Shown piece after piece: positions 21,093-31,215 of a stretch of DNA of 64,000 nt. This DNA comes from Robiginitomaculum sp. (GTDB lineage: Bacteria; Pseudomonadota; Alphaproteobacteria; Caulobacterales; Maricaulaceae). The stretch lies in NCBI GenBank assembly GCA_015485155.1, contig WFUF01000002.1, positions 69,735 to 133,734 of the forward strand, in the 5' to 3' direction. Made by a program: the position numbers and the translations under genes. Positions within the stretch are counted from its first letter, which is position 1, and each line of letters starts with the position of its first letter. The notes under the pieces were generated by a model. It was not told the origin of the DNA. It made no database searches and was given only the letters and a program-made list of their open reading frames with translations.

Positions 21093-22901
21093 ATGACAAT
21101 TGATCCTGAACATATTCGCAATTTTTCTATTATCGCTCATATTGATCACGGCAAATCAACGCTGGCTGATCGATTGATTCAATTCACCGGTGCTCTTAGC
21201 CAACGGGAGATGAAAGAGCAGGTTTTGGACAATATGGATATTGAGCGCGAGCGTGGTATCACTATCAAGGCGCAAACGGTTCGTCTTGATTATACGGCCA
21301 AAGACGGCCAGAAATATATTCTTAATTTAATGGATACCCCGGGGCATGTGGATTTTGCCTATGAGGTTTCGCGCTCCCTTTCGGCTTGTGAGGGATCAAT
21401 TCTGGTTGTTGATGCTTCGCAAGGGGTAGAGGCGCAAACTCTGGCCAATGTTTATCAGGCCGTTGAACATGACCATGAAATTGTAACAGTGTTGAACAAG
21501 ATTGATCTTCCGGCCGCAGAGCCGGAACAGGTGGCGCAGCAGGTTGAAGATGTCATCGGGATTGATGCCACTGATGCGGTTTATGCTTCTGCAAAGTCCG
21601 GCATTGGTATTGAGGATATTTTAGAGGCAATTGTTGAAAAACTTGCCCCCCCTGATGCGGGTGATAGTGAGGCTCCGCTAAAGGCATTGCTGGTTGATGC
21701 ATGGTATGATGCCTATCTTGGTGTGATCGTGTTATTTCGTGTGCTTGATGGTGTGGTCAAAAAGGGCATGCGGATTCGCATGATGTCCACAAATGCCAGT
21801 TATGTGGTTGACCGGGTCGGGGTGTTTCGCCCGAAAATTGAAACCGTGGATGAGCTTGGACCTGGAGAAATAGGGTTTTTAACTGCCTCAATCAAACAAG
21901 TGGCAGATGCGGCGGTTGGTGAGACCATAACAGAGGAAAAGCGTCCAACCAAAGAGGCTTTGCCCGGCTTTCGTCCAGTACAGCCGGTGGTGTTTTGCGG
22001 AATTTTTCCGGTAGATGCGGCGGATTTTGAGGATTTACGGGCAGCAGTTGGCAAATTACGCCTTAATGATGCTTCCTTTTCCTATGAGATGGAAACCAGT
22101 GCTGCTCTTGGCTTTGGCTTTCGCTGTGGATTTCTGGGGCTTTTGCATCTGGAAATTATTCAAGAGCGATTATCCCGCGAATTTGATCTTGATCTGATCG
22201 CAACTGCACCTTCGGTGGTTTATGAGCTTACCATGACCGATGGCACAAAGACTTATTTACATAATCCGGCGGACATGCCGGATCCGGTGAAAATTGAAAG
22301 TATTGCCGAGCCATGGATCAGGGCCACTATTTTAACTCCGGATGAATATATCGGTCCGATCTTGAAATTGTGTCAGGATCGCCGGGGTATTCAACAAGAC
22401 ATGTCATATGCCGGGTCGCGGGCCATGCTGGTATATGACCTTCCTCTTAACGAGGTGGTGTTTGATTTTTATGACCGGTTAAAATCCATCTCCAAAGGCT
22501 ATGCCAGTTTTGATTATACCGTGGAAGAAAACAGAATTGGTGATCTGGTTAAAATGAGTGTGCTGGTAAATGCTGAACCAGTTGATGCGCTTTCCATGAT
22601 GGTGCATCGAAGCCAGGCTGAAAACCGGGGCAGGATAATGGTGGAGAAGCTAAAAGACCTGATTCCGCGCCATATGTTCAAAATTCCGATTCAGGCAGCT
22701 TTGGGCGGGCGGGTCATTGCCAGAGAAACAATATCTGCCATGCGCAAGGACGTTACGGCCAAATGTTATGGCGGTGATGCGACCAGAAAACGTAAATTGC
22801 TTGACAAGCAAAAGGCCGGAAAGAAAAAAATGCGCCAGTTTGGCAAAGTGGAAATTCCCCAAAGCGCCTTTATCGCAGCGTTAAAGATGGATGGTGATTA
22901 G
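21093..22901 (+). CDS. lepA: Elongation factor 4 (LepA)
   Basis: GTPase motifs [17 protein letters not shown] and NKID, plus the LepA-specific C-terminal domain. ATG at 21093. Confidence 0.96.
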   Translation: MTIDPEHIRNFSIIAHIDHGKSTLADRLIQFTGALSQREMKEQVLDNMDIERERGITIKAQTVRLDYTAKDGQKYILNLMDTPGHVDFAYEVSRSLSACEGSILVVDASQGVEAQTLANVYQAVEHDHEIVTVLNKIDLPAAEPEQVAQQVEDVIGIDATDAVYASAKSGIGIEDILEAIVEKLAPPDAGDSEAPLKALLVDAWYDAYLGVIVLFRVLDGVVKKGMRIRMMSTNASYVVDRVGVFRPKIETVDELGPGEIGFLTASIKQVADAAVGETITEEKRPTKEALPGFRPVQPVVFCGIFPVDAADFEDLRAAVGKLRLNDASFSYEMETSAALGFGFRCGFLGLLHLEIIQERLSREFDLDLIATAPSVVYELTMTDGTKTYLHNPADMPDPVKIESIAEPWIRATILTPDEYIGPILKLCQDRRGIQQDMSYAGSRAMLVYDLPLNEVVFDFYDRLKSISKGYASFDYTVEENRIGDLVKMSVLVNAEPVDALSMMVHRSQAENRGRIMVEKLKDLIPRHMFKIPIQAALGGRVIARETISAMRKDVTAKCYGGDATRKRKLLDKQKAGKKKMRQFGKVEIPQSAFIAALKMDGD

Positions 22902-23125
22902 GCCAATTTAGGCTAGCGGCTCATTGATTCCATCCATTTTGTGCAAATCGCAGCAAATCTAGGACGATCAGGAAGTTTAAAATACAATTGCCAGTTATTG
23001 AGTATTGCGAACATTGTTCTTTTTTTAAATCGTGGTTCACAGATTTTGATAACTGCTTTAGGTTCATGTTCGTGGGGGCATGACTTGGTTTTAAGTTTTA
23101 CCTGCTGGCAAAATGGGGAGACAAA

Positions 23126-24676
23126 ATGTTTGCAGCCGAGAGTCTGGTCAAAACTTTATTGGCGCAAGGGGTTGAGGTTTGTTTTACCAATCCTGGAACC
23201 TCAGAGATGCACATGGTGGCGGCATTGGATCGCAATCCAGAAATGCACTCGGTACTGTGCCTGTTTGAAGGGGTGGCTTCGGGGGCAGCGGATGGTTATG
23301 CGAGAATGAGCGGCAAGCCAGCTTGTACTTTATTGCATTTGGGGCCGGGGCTGGCGAATGGGTTGGCTAATTTTCACAATGCCAAGCGGGCGAAAGTGCC
23401 TGTGGTAAATATTGTTGGCGATCATGCCCGTGATCATCTGCAATTGGATGCGCCATTGACTTCGGATATTGTGGGATATTGTTCACCGGTATCACGCTGG
23501 ATTGGAACCGTTTGTGAACCATCGGATGTATCCTCCATGGCCGTGGAAGCTGTGCAGCAATCTTATGGCCCGGAGCCGGGTGTTGCCAGCTTGATACTAC
23601 CTGCTGATTGCGCCTGGTCTGATCAGGAACCAGACGTGATAAAGGGTGCAGATATGCCCAAACGGGCTGTTGTATCTGCGGCCCGCATTGCCGAAGTGGC
23701 ATCACAAATAAAAGCTGCAAAAAATCCAGTGCTTTATCTTGGTGATCTGGCAACGCAGGAGGCCGGGATATTTACTGCCGGGCGTATTGCATCTGCGCTG
23801 GGATGTCGGGTGTTTATGGAAACTTTTGCCACGCGCATGTCCCGTGGCTCGTCACGTTTTAGTGCACAGCGCCTTAGTTATTTTGGCGAAAGCGCGCTTG
23901 AAGACATGAAGGATTGTGACCTGCTGGTGATTGCGGGCTCTAAGGCCCCGGTATCATTCTTTGCTTATCCTGGGGTGGGGTCAGAACTGACCCCGCCGGG
24001 AGCTGAGGTTTGCATGCTTGCTGATGCCGCCATGGATACGGTACAGGCTCTTTCTGATCTGGCCGACATGTTGCAGGCTCCAGCAAATCCAGAGCTGGCA
24101 CCGCGGGCTTCTGCGCCTGATCTTGATCGTGATCAGCCATTAAACCCCGGGTTTGTTGGTTTGTCCTTATTGCGGCACATGCAAGATGGTTCGGTGATTT
24201 GTGATGATGCCACCACTTCGGGCATGGGGGTGTATCCGTGGCTGGAGAACGGCCCTGATCATGAATGGCTGTGTCTTACTGGTGGTGCTATTGGCATGGG
24301 CATGCCGCTGGCGGTGGGGGCAGCTTTGGCCTGTTCTGACAAGCAGGTATTTGCGTTGTGTGGTGATGGGGCGGCAGCCTATACCTGTCAGGCCCTGTGG
24401 ACGCAGGCCCGTGAAAAACAAAATATTATCAATGTGGTTTTTGCTAATCATTCTTATTTGATTTTGAATTTTGAACTTGCCCGGGTCGGGGCTGGAGATC
24501 CCGGCCCGGCTGCGCAGTCCATGCTGGACTTGTCCAATCCCAAAATTGACTGGGTAGCTTTGGGAAATGGATTTGGGGTGCCATCAGTAAGTACTAAAAC
24601 CGCCGGAGAATTTGATGATGCTCTGGTTCATGCAATGGCCACGGGGGGGCCGCATTTGATAGTTGCTGAAATTTGA
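23126..24676 (+). CDS. Thiamine-diphosphate-dependent enzyme (acetolactate synthase large-subunit-like)
   Basis: N-terminal Pyr domain ([24 protein letters not shown]) and C-terminal PP domain ([17 protein letters not shown]...CGDGAAAY). At 516 aa it is not a canonical IlvB. Confidence 0.85.
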   Translation: MFAAESLVKTLLAQGVEVCFTNPGTSEMHMVAALDRNPEMHSVLCLFEGVASGAADGYARMSGKPACTLLHLGPGLANGLANFHNAKRAKVPVVNIVGDHARDHLQLDAPLTSDIVGYCSPVSRWIGTVCEPSDVSSMAVEAVQQSYGPEPGVASLILPADCAWSDQEPDVIKGADMPKRAVVSAARIAEVASQIKAAKNPVLYLGDLATQEAGIFTAGRIASALGCRVFMETFATRMSRGSSRFSAQRLSYFGESALEDMKDCDLLVIAGSKAPVSFFAYPGVGSELTPPGAEVCMLADAAMDTVQALSDLADMLQAPANPELAPRASAPDLDRDQPLNPGFVGLSLLRHMQDGSVICDDATTSGMGVYPWLENGPDHEWLCLTGGAIGMGMPLAVGAALACSDKQVFALCGDGAAAYTCQALWTQAREKQNIINVVFANHSYLILNFELARVGAGDPGPAAQSMLDLSNPKIDWVALGNGFGVPSVSTKTAGEFDDALVHAMATGGPHLIVAEI

Positions 24677-24686
24677 AGGGCTTGTC

Positions 24687-26279
24687 ATGGAATTTGATTA
24701 TATAATTATCGGGGCCGGCTCAGCAGGTTGCGTTCTTGCCAACCGGCTGTCTGCGGATAGTAAGAACAAGGTATTGCTGTTGGAAGCGGGCGGTGAAGAC
24801 AAGTCGCCAATGATCCACATGCCGGCGGGATTTATGAAACTATTGTATGATCCAAAAAATAACTGGATGTATGAGACCGAAGCCGAGCCCAACCTGAACA
24901 ACCGGCGGATATTTCAACCACGGGGCATGACGCTGGGCGGTTCTTCTTCGATCAATGGCATGTTGTGGGTGCGGTGCCAGCCTCGTGACTTTGATTTGTG
25001 GGCGCAAGCTGGTAATAAGGGTTGGGGCTGGGAACAGGTTTTGCCGGTTTACAAATCAATTGAAGATCACGCCCAGGGAGCCAGTGAGCTGCGCGGAACC
25101 GGCGGGCCGATGGCTGTTACTGATTTTGAGGAAACCGATTTTGTATCCGATACAATTATCGAGGCAGTGGCCGAAAAAGGCATAGCAAAACATCCTGACT
25201 TAAATACTGAAGATCAAGAAGGTGTTGGATACTTTCAAACCTCTATTAAGAACGGAAAGCGTTTTAGTGCAGCGCGAGGTTATCTTGATCCGGTAAAATC
25301 GCGGCCAAATCTGACTGTATTGACCGAAGCAAGGGCTGCAAAACTGGTGCTTGAGGGCAAAAAATGTACCGGGCTGGAGTTTACTCACAAGGGAAAGCCC
25401 ATCACTGCCAAAGCTGGTAAAGGGGTGATAGTGTCAGGAGGTGCGTTTAACTCTCCACATATCTTACAGCTTTCAGGTATCGGGCCGGCAGATGTTTTAC
25501 AACAGGTGGGGATTGAGGTATTGCACGAATTACCCGGTGTCGGCGAGAATTTGCAAGATCATTTAAGTTGTGCGGTATCGTGTCGTTTGTCAAAGCGCTT
25601 GGGTTATAATCACCGGGTGCAGGGTTTGCCTTTGGTTTGGGAAATGCTGCGGTATATGACCACCAAAAAGGGCGCTATGGCAATTGCTCCGGCTCATATC
25701 GGAGCATTTATCAAGTCCCGGCCCGAGTTGGAAACTCCTGATCTGCAATTTCATTTCCTTGGAGCAAGTCTGGAGATCGAGGGCATGAAGCCACGTAAAT
25801 ATCCGGGCATGTTGGGCGCTGTTTATCAGATGCGACCCGAAAGCAGGGGCTGGGTGCGCGCCGGATCAAATGATCCTATGGTGAAACCAAAAGTGTTTTG
25901 TAATTATCTGGATAGCGAAGAAGACGTACGCTCTACTATTTATGGGTTAAAGTGGATGCGCGAATTATTTGCCAGCAAAACTTTTGACGAGATTCGTGCA
26001 GAAGAGGATAATCCTGGCCCTGGTGTGGTAACTGATGCTGATTGGGAGAATTATTTGCGCGATCATGGCTCTACCCTTTATCATCCGGTAGGTACATGCA
26101 AAATGGGTTCAGATAAAATGGCAGTAGTTGACGACCGTCTGCGTGTACACGGGATTTCGGGACTGCGGGTTGTAGATGCCTCGATAATGCCGCGTTTGAC
26201 CTCAGGAAATACCAATGCGCCAACCTTGATGATTGCCGAAAAAGCCAGCACAATGATTTTACAAGACGCAAAGAGTTAA
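24687..26279 (+). CDS. GMC-family FAD oxidoreductase (choline/alcohol dehydrogenase-like)
   Basis: [29 protein letters not shown], and the C-terminal HPVGTCKMG...VVDASIMP signature. Confidence 0.9.
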   Translation: MEFDYIIIGAGSAGCVLANRLSADSKNKVLLLEAGGEDKSPMIHMPAGFMKLLYDPKNNWMYETEAEPNLNNRRIFQPRGMTLGGSSSINGMLWVRCQPRDFDLWAQAGNKGWGWEQVLPVYKSIEDHAQGASELRGTGGPMAVTDFEETDFVSDTIIEAVAEKGIAKHPDLNTEDQEGVGYFQTSIKNGKRFSAARGYLDPVKSRPNLTVLTEARAAKLVLEGKKCTGLEFTHKGKPITAKAGKGVIVSGGAFNSPHILQLSGIGPADVLQQVGIEVLHELPGVGENLQDHLSCAVSCRLSKRLGYNHRVQGLPLVWEMLRYMTTKKGAMAIAPAHIGAFIKSRPELETPDLQFHFLGASLEIEGMKPRKYPGMLGAVYQMRPESRGWVRAGSNDPMVKPKVFCNYLDSEEDVRSTIYGLKWMRELFASKTFDEIRAEEDNPGPGVVTDADWENYLRDHGSTLYHPVGTCKMGSDKMAVVDDRLRVHGISGLRVVDASIMPRLTSGNTNAPTLMIAEKASTMILQDAKS

Positions 26280-26308
26280 CCAGTCACAGGATCAAAAGGG
26301 GCAGGCAC

Positions 26309-27172
26309 ATGCCAGAATATACATGCTTTGATGTAGAGGTTAGCGATAATATTGCCCATATTGTGCTAAAGCGCGGTGCTGAACTAAACACCATGACCCC
26401 GGCTTTCTGGCAGGAACTTCCGCAAATTGTTCGTAAGATCGATGATGCTGCTGCGGCGCGGGTGATTGTAATTTCATCTACTGGCAAACACTTTACTGCC
26501 GGGATGGATTTTGCCGTATTTGGTGCAAATGATGGCCTGATGGCTGCTGATGATCCTGATAGCAGGGGAAATGGTCAACGGCGCGAAGCATTGCGCCGGT
26601 TTGTATCTACGCTGCAAGATACATTTAATGCGCTGGAGACCGCCCGCATGCCGGTTATTGCTGCCGTACAGGGCGGATGTATTGGCGGCGGCATGGATAT
26701 GATATCGGCCACTGATATTCGTTATTGTACCCGTGATGCTTTTTTCTGCATTCAGGAGGTAAATCTGGCAATGGTGGCCGATGTGGGAACTTTCCCGCGC
26801 CTGGGGCATTTAATTCCGCATGGCTGGATACGTGAAATGGCCTATACCGGTCGCAGGCTATCTGCTGAAAAGGCTATGGAAATTGGTCTGGTTAACGAGG
26901 TTTATGAAAGCCATGATGACATGATGGCGGCAGTTATGAAAACAGCATCAGAAATTGCACAAAAGGCTCCACTGGCAATTGCAGGTTCTAAAATCATGCT
27001 GAATTATGCCAGAGATCACAGTATCCGGGATGCTCTGGATTATGTTGCCACCTGGCAGGCCGGCATGTTCCAGCCCGGAGATATTATGGAAAGTGTGAGC
27101 GCACAAAAAGAAAAACGCAAACCAGACTATCTAGATTTGCAACCAATTAGAAAGCAAATAGCAGATTCGTAG
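26309..27172 (+). CDS. Crotonase-family enoyl-CoA hydratase/isomerase (dienoyl-CoA isomerase-like)
   Basis: Crotonase fold motifs (GKHFTAGMDF, AAVQGGCIGGGMDM). Confidence 0.87.
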   Translation: MPEYTCFDVEVSDNIAHIVLKRGAELNTMTPAFWQELPQIVRKIDDAAAARVIVISSTGKHFTAGMDFAVFGANDGLMAADDPDSRGNGQRREALRRFVSTLQDTFNALETARMPVIAAVQGGCIGGGMDMISATDIRYCTRDAFFCIQEVNLAMVADVGTFPRLGHLIPHGWIREMAYTGRRLSAEKAMEIGLVNEVYESHDDMMAAVMKTASEIAQKAPLAIAGSKIMLNYARDHSIRDALDYVATWQAGMFQPGDIMESVSAQKEKRKPDYLDLQPIRKQIADS

Positions 27173-27187
27173 AAATAGCCTATTCCT

Positions 27188-28681
27188 TCAGGTTTCCGGC
27201 AGGCTTCCGGCGCGCTCCAGCATTAAGTGATATACCTGCACACCATGGGCCAGATTTTCTATGCCGATACGCTCGTTCAAGCCGTGCAGGCGGGTAAGAT
27301 CGGAGCTGTCGAATATATAAGGTGCAAAGCGGTAAATATCATCGGTGACCTTGGCATAATGTCTGGAATCTGTAGCCATTAACACCACATTAGGCGCAAT
27401 AAGCGTGCCGGGGAAACCAGCGTCAATCGCATCTTTGAGCCAAAGATATGGCCCGCTGTCTATTTGTGAAACCGGGGAGGGTTCAATGCCCGGAGGCCTT
27501 ATAATTGCTACTTCTATTGCTGGGTTGTCGATAGACTTTATTACATGATCAATTACAGAGCTGACGCTGTTGCGGGCGGAAATACGAAAATTAACAAATG
27601 CCACTGCCTCACGCGGCAGGGCGTTCTCCTTAATGCCGGCATTTAACATTGTGGGGGCAATAGTAGTTCCGAGCAGGGCGGCTCCTGACTTGCTTTTTTT
27701 CATTTTGTTTTCGACCAAAGGTCCAAACAGCCACAGGTTTGACAAGATAACCCGGTTGACGAAACCAACCTCTTCAGAACGCGCCGTAGCATGCAGCATT
27801 TTGATTAAAACCGGATCAAGCTTTTGCTCAAATGGATTGGCCTCCAATGCGGCAATAGCCCGGCTTATTTCTCCAAGCGCGGTTATTTTTGGCGGTGTTG
27901 AGGAGTGTCCGCCAACTGCCCGCGCGGTAAGGGTTATGGTAAGGTAGCCTTTTTCTGCAACTCCGATTCTGGCGACGGGGCCGGCTATATCTGGCATATT
28001 AGTGGTGATGGCTCCGCCTTCATCGATCACGGCCCATGGGCTAATGCCGCGCAACTTTAATATATCGGACATTGCATCGGCTCCGCCTCCGCCAATTTCT
28101 TCATCATGGCCAAAAGCAAAAATTAATGTGCGCTGTGGGGCAAAGCCTTTGGCTGCCAGAAGATCTGCAGCCTCAAGCAGGCCAATGAGCGAGCCTTTAT
28201 TGTCAATGGAGCCGCGTCCCCAGACAAAGCCATCAGCAATTACACCGGCAAAAGGAGGGTGCTGCCAGCCGGATTTGGCGCTTTCATCGGCGGGGACTAC
28301 ATCCTGATGAGCCAGGAAGACCATTGGCGCCAATGATGGATTGCTGCCAGCCCAGGTGTTAAGCTGTGAATATCCCGCCACGGTTTCTGTAGTTACCACC
28401 TTATAGAAATTCGGATAGGTTTTCCGTAGCCATTTCTGAAAGGAGAGGAAGGCTTCACCGTCAAACTTGTCAGCCTGCTGATGAGATATGGTTTTAAACT
28501 GTACCGCCATTGCCAGATTTTGGGCCAGCCGGTCACTATTTATGTTGATTTGATTATCCGGATTTTTTGCCTGTATCGAAGAACTGGATGCGTAAGGTAA
28601 AGAGCGAATTATCAGGACTGCAATCAATACGCCAAGGGCAATGACCAAAGATATTCCTGTTTTTATCAAAACCCGGACCAT
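27188..28681 (-). CDS. M20-family metallopeptidase with N-terminal membrane anchor
   Basis: M20 zinc-site motifs (LAHQDVVP, GRGSIDNKG, GHDEEIGG). ATG 28681 is preceded by AGGAGA. TM helix ISLVIALGVLIAVLII. Confidence 0.85.
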   Translation of the reverse strand: MVRVLIKTGISLVIALGVLIAVLIIRSLPYASSSSIQAKNPDNQININSDRLAQNLAMAVQFKTISHQQADKFDGEAFLSFQKWLRKTYPNFYKVVTTETVAGYSQLNTWAGSNPSLAPMVFLAHQDVVPADESAKSGWQHPPFAGVIADGFVWGRGSIDNKGSLIGLLEAADLLAAKGFAPQRTLIFAFGHDEEIGGGGADAMSDILKLRGISPWAVIDEGGAITTNMPDIAGPVARIGVAEKGYLTITLTARAVGGHSSTPPKITALGEISRAIAALEANPFEQKLDPVLIKMLHATARSEEVGFVNRVILSNLWLFGPLVENKMKKSKSGAALLGTTIAPTMLNAGIKENALPREAVAFVNFRISARNSVSSVIDHVIKSIDNPAIEVAIIRPPGIEPSPVSQIDSGPYLWLKDAIDAGFPGTLIAPNVVLMATDSRHYAKVTDDIYRFAPYIFDSSDLTRLHGLNERIGIENLAHGVQVYHLMLERAGSLPET

Positions 28682-28845
28682 AAGCCTCTCCTTGTATTTT
28701 AGGCAATTTACGCCATTGCCCATAAAATTCAATCAATGATCAGAACAAAGTTGAAAACACTGTTTTTAGAAGAAAGATGAACTATTGTCCTTGCTTTTTG
28801 GCTTAAAACCCAAACTATTGGGTATGGAGTGCCCCGGAGGTTACA

Positions 28846-29697
28846 ATGAACTTTCTAAAATCCATCTATATAGTGTTTTACATCTCGGCAGCATTGGCCA
28901 TTTCGATAATGGCAGTTGTGAAATTGCTAGGTGATGGCAATGCAATTGCATGGAGCGGGGTTTTGTTAAGTACGGCTCCGTTCATGATGGTGCTAAGCTG
29001 GCTGATGCTGGCAAAGCCTGCTGCAAGAACCAGCCGAAATCTGCCCGTTATTACCCTGTTGGCTGTGGCAGGTCTGGTGTTTTCCCTGTGGGGCTGGAAT
29101 CAGCAACAGGCTGACTTTTTAAGTGTGAAGCTGGCGGGTGCCGGACTGGTTGGGTTTTTGATCTATGTGTTTTGGTATTCAGCCTATAATAATCGTAGCA
29201 GCAGGATAATTCTCGGGCAATTATTACCCAACTTTTCCTTACAAGCCACCAATGGCCAGATTGTAACCAACAAGGATTTTATCGGCAAAGCCAGTATATT
29301 GATGTTTTATCGGGGTAATTGGTGCCCGCTATGCATGGCGCAGATAAAGGAAGTTGCCAGACAATATGATCAATTGCGCGAGGCAAATGTGCGGGTTGCG
29401 CTAATCTCACCGCAACCACACAAAAACACCATGAAGCTGGCGGAAAAATTTCATGTGGGTTTTGAGTTTTACATCGATGAAGGCAATCAGGCTGCCAGAA
29501 CGCTGGGTGTGTCGCAATCCTTTGGGGTGCCTATTGGTTTGCAGGCTTTGGGCTATGACAGTGAAACCGTATTGCCGACCGTGGTTATTACTGATGCCAA
29601 GGGTAATGTGATCTGGCTGCACGAAACCGATAATTATCGCATACGGCCTGAGCCGGAGACATTCTTACAGATATTGCGTGAACACGGGATTGGCTAA
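28846..29697 (+). CDS. Membrane-anchored peroxiredoxin-like/redoxin protein
   Basis: About 4 N-terminal TM helices followed by a thioredoxin-fold domain with FYRGNWCPLC (CxxC). GGAGG RBS. Confidence 0.75.
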   Translation: MNFLKSIYIVFYISAALAISIMAVVKLLGDGNAIAWSGVLLSTAPFMMVLSWLMLAKPAARTSRNLPVITLLAVAGLVFSLWGWNQQQADFLSVKLAGAGLVGFLIYVFWYSAYNNRSSRIILGQLLPNFSLQATNGQIVTNKDFIGKASILMFYRGNWCPLCMAQIKEVARQYDQLREANVRVALISPQPHKNTMKLAEKFHVGFEFYIDEGNQAARTLGVSQSFGVPIGLQALGYDSETVLPTVVITDAKGNVIWLHETDNYRIRPEPETFLQILREHGIG

Positions 29698-29705
29698 TCG
29701 TTATT

Positions 29706-30416
29706 TTAGGGCCGTGAATTGATCCAGTTTACAACCGGCACCACCCATTCATCGAGAGGCTTAAAAAATGCGCCATGCTCTTTGCCAGTGCTGATAGCTA
29801 TTTCGGTAAAAGAGGAAACATTATCACTTTGGTTCACCAATTCACGGCAGCTCCCAAAGCGATCCGAAGTTTCATAAACCGACAATACATTACCCGCTAG
29901 TTCAAGTTTAGGCTGCGAGCTAACCCAATTACTGCAACTGGCAAGCAGAACCACATTGATATCTGGCGCCGCCAAAAGATCAGAAACTAAAATCGTGATC
30001 ATACCGCCTCTGGAAAAACCCATTAACGAAATATTTCTCAAGGGCACACCTTGTGCGGTCAACTCTTTTACATCATTTGCCAGTTTTTGCGCAAATTCCG
30101 ACGGAACAGTTCCGGCTTTGCGGTGATAGGCGATCAGGTTAAAATCCGATGCTGCCAAAGCCTGTTTGATCGCCGGAAAATCATAGACACCAAAATGCGG
30201 ATGCTTCGGGGTTTCATTATCCCCTTCGACAATAAAGCCGTGCGAATAAAACACGTATTTCTCATCGGCCTGTGCTTGTTCTGGTAACTGGGTGAATAAT
30301 TCCCCGGCTAAAGCTGCTGTGCTGAGCAATATGCCAAACAGGCCCACCGCTAGAGCGGATATTCGATATTGCAGCGCTGGTAATAGTCGGCTGGACTCAG
30401 GCTTCTGAAAAAACAT
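29706..30416 (-). CDS. Secreted alpha/beta-hydrolase-fold protein
   Basis: Signal peptide and nucleophile elbow GFSRGG. The size and layout resemble dienelactone-hydrolase-like esterases. Confidence 0.62.
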   Translation of the reverse strand: MFFQKPESSRLLPALQYRISALAVGLFGILLSTAALAGELFTQLPEQAQADEKYVFYSHGFIVEGDNETPKHPHFGVYDFPAIKQALAASDFNLIAYHRKAGTVPSEFAQKLANDVKELTAQGVPLRNISLMGFSRGGMITILVSDLLAAPDINVVLLASCSNWVSSQPKLELAGNVLSVYETSDRFGSCRELVNQSDNVSSFTEIAISTGKEHGAFFKPLDEWVVPVVNWINSRP

Positions 30417-30421
30417 CTGCC

Positions 30422-31102
30422 TTACTTTCCTACCAAGACTGCATCACCAACAAATGGGTTGCTGGCCCGCTCCTCGCCAAAGGTACTAATCGGCCCGTGG
30501 CCGGGTATAAATCGCATATCATTACCCAATGGCCATAGCTTTGCTGTGATGCTGTCAAGCAATTGCTGATGATTGCCTTTGGGAAAATCGGTGCGGCCAA
30601 TAGAGCCTTTAAACAATACATCCCCGACAAAGCAAAATGCACCCTTTTGGTTGTATATCACCACATGGCCCGGCGTATGACCGGGGCAATGCACTACGCC
30701 AAATTCATTATTATCAAGACTTAAAGTATCGCCATCTTTCAGATAACGATCGGGCTTCACGTTTCGGCCTCCGGAAAGTCCGTATTTTTTTCCTTGTGCT
30801 TCTATGTCATCAAGCAGCCATTGATCGTCCTGATGCGGGCCGATCACCAAACAGCCGGTGCGCTCACGGATTTCGTCGGCGGCTCCAGCATGATCAAGGT
30901 GGCCATGGGTCAGCCACACGGCAACGATCTTGACATTATTTTGTTCTGCCGCCGCCAGTAATTTTTCGGTTTCACCACCTGGATCCACAAAAACGCCCTC
31001 GCCGGTTTGAGGCGACCACAATAATGACGTATTTTGTTGCAGTGGCGTAACTGGCAAAATCTGAATTTGCAAGGCAGGTGCTTCATTGGTGTTTTTATTC
31101 AT
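30422..31102 (-). CDS. MBL-fold metallo-hydrolase (glyoxalase II-like)
   Basis: HxHxDH motif (THGHLDHAG) and downstream His/Asp ligands (CPGHTPGH, GDVLF). Confidence 0.88.
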   Translation of the reverse strand: MNKNTNEAPALQIQILPVTPLQQNTSLLWSPQTGEGVFVDPGGETEKLLAAAEQNNVKIVAVWLTHGHLDHAGAADEIRERTGCLVIGPHQDDQWLLDDIEAQGKKYGLSGGRNVKPDRYLKDGDTLSLDNNEFGVVHCPGHTPGHVVIYNQKGAFCFVGDVLFKGSIGRTDFPKGNHQQLLDSITAKLWPLGNDMRFIPGHGPISTFGEERASNPFVGDAVLVGK

Positions 31103-31215
31103 GTGCTACCCATAACGCTTTGTCCGGTTATGTGAAAGAAAAAACTGGGCAATGTTTGACATTTGCCCCGGATAACTGGCATTTGAATGACAGGAATTGT
31201 AAAATACGGGGGCCA

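Noticed and set aside
22941-23309. 122-aa plus-strand ORF upstream of and overlapping the ThDP enzyme gene
   Set aside because: It is out of frame with, and overlaps, a well-supported gene. The product is Cys/Trp-rich nonsense.
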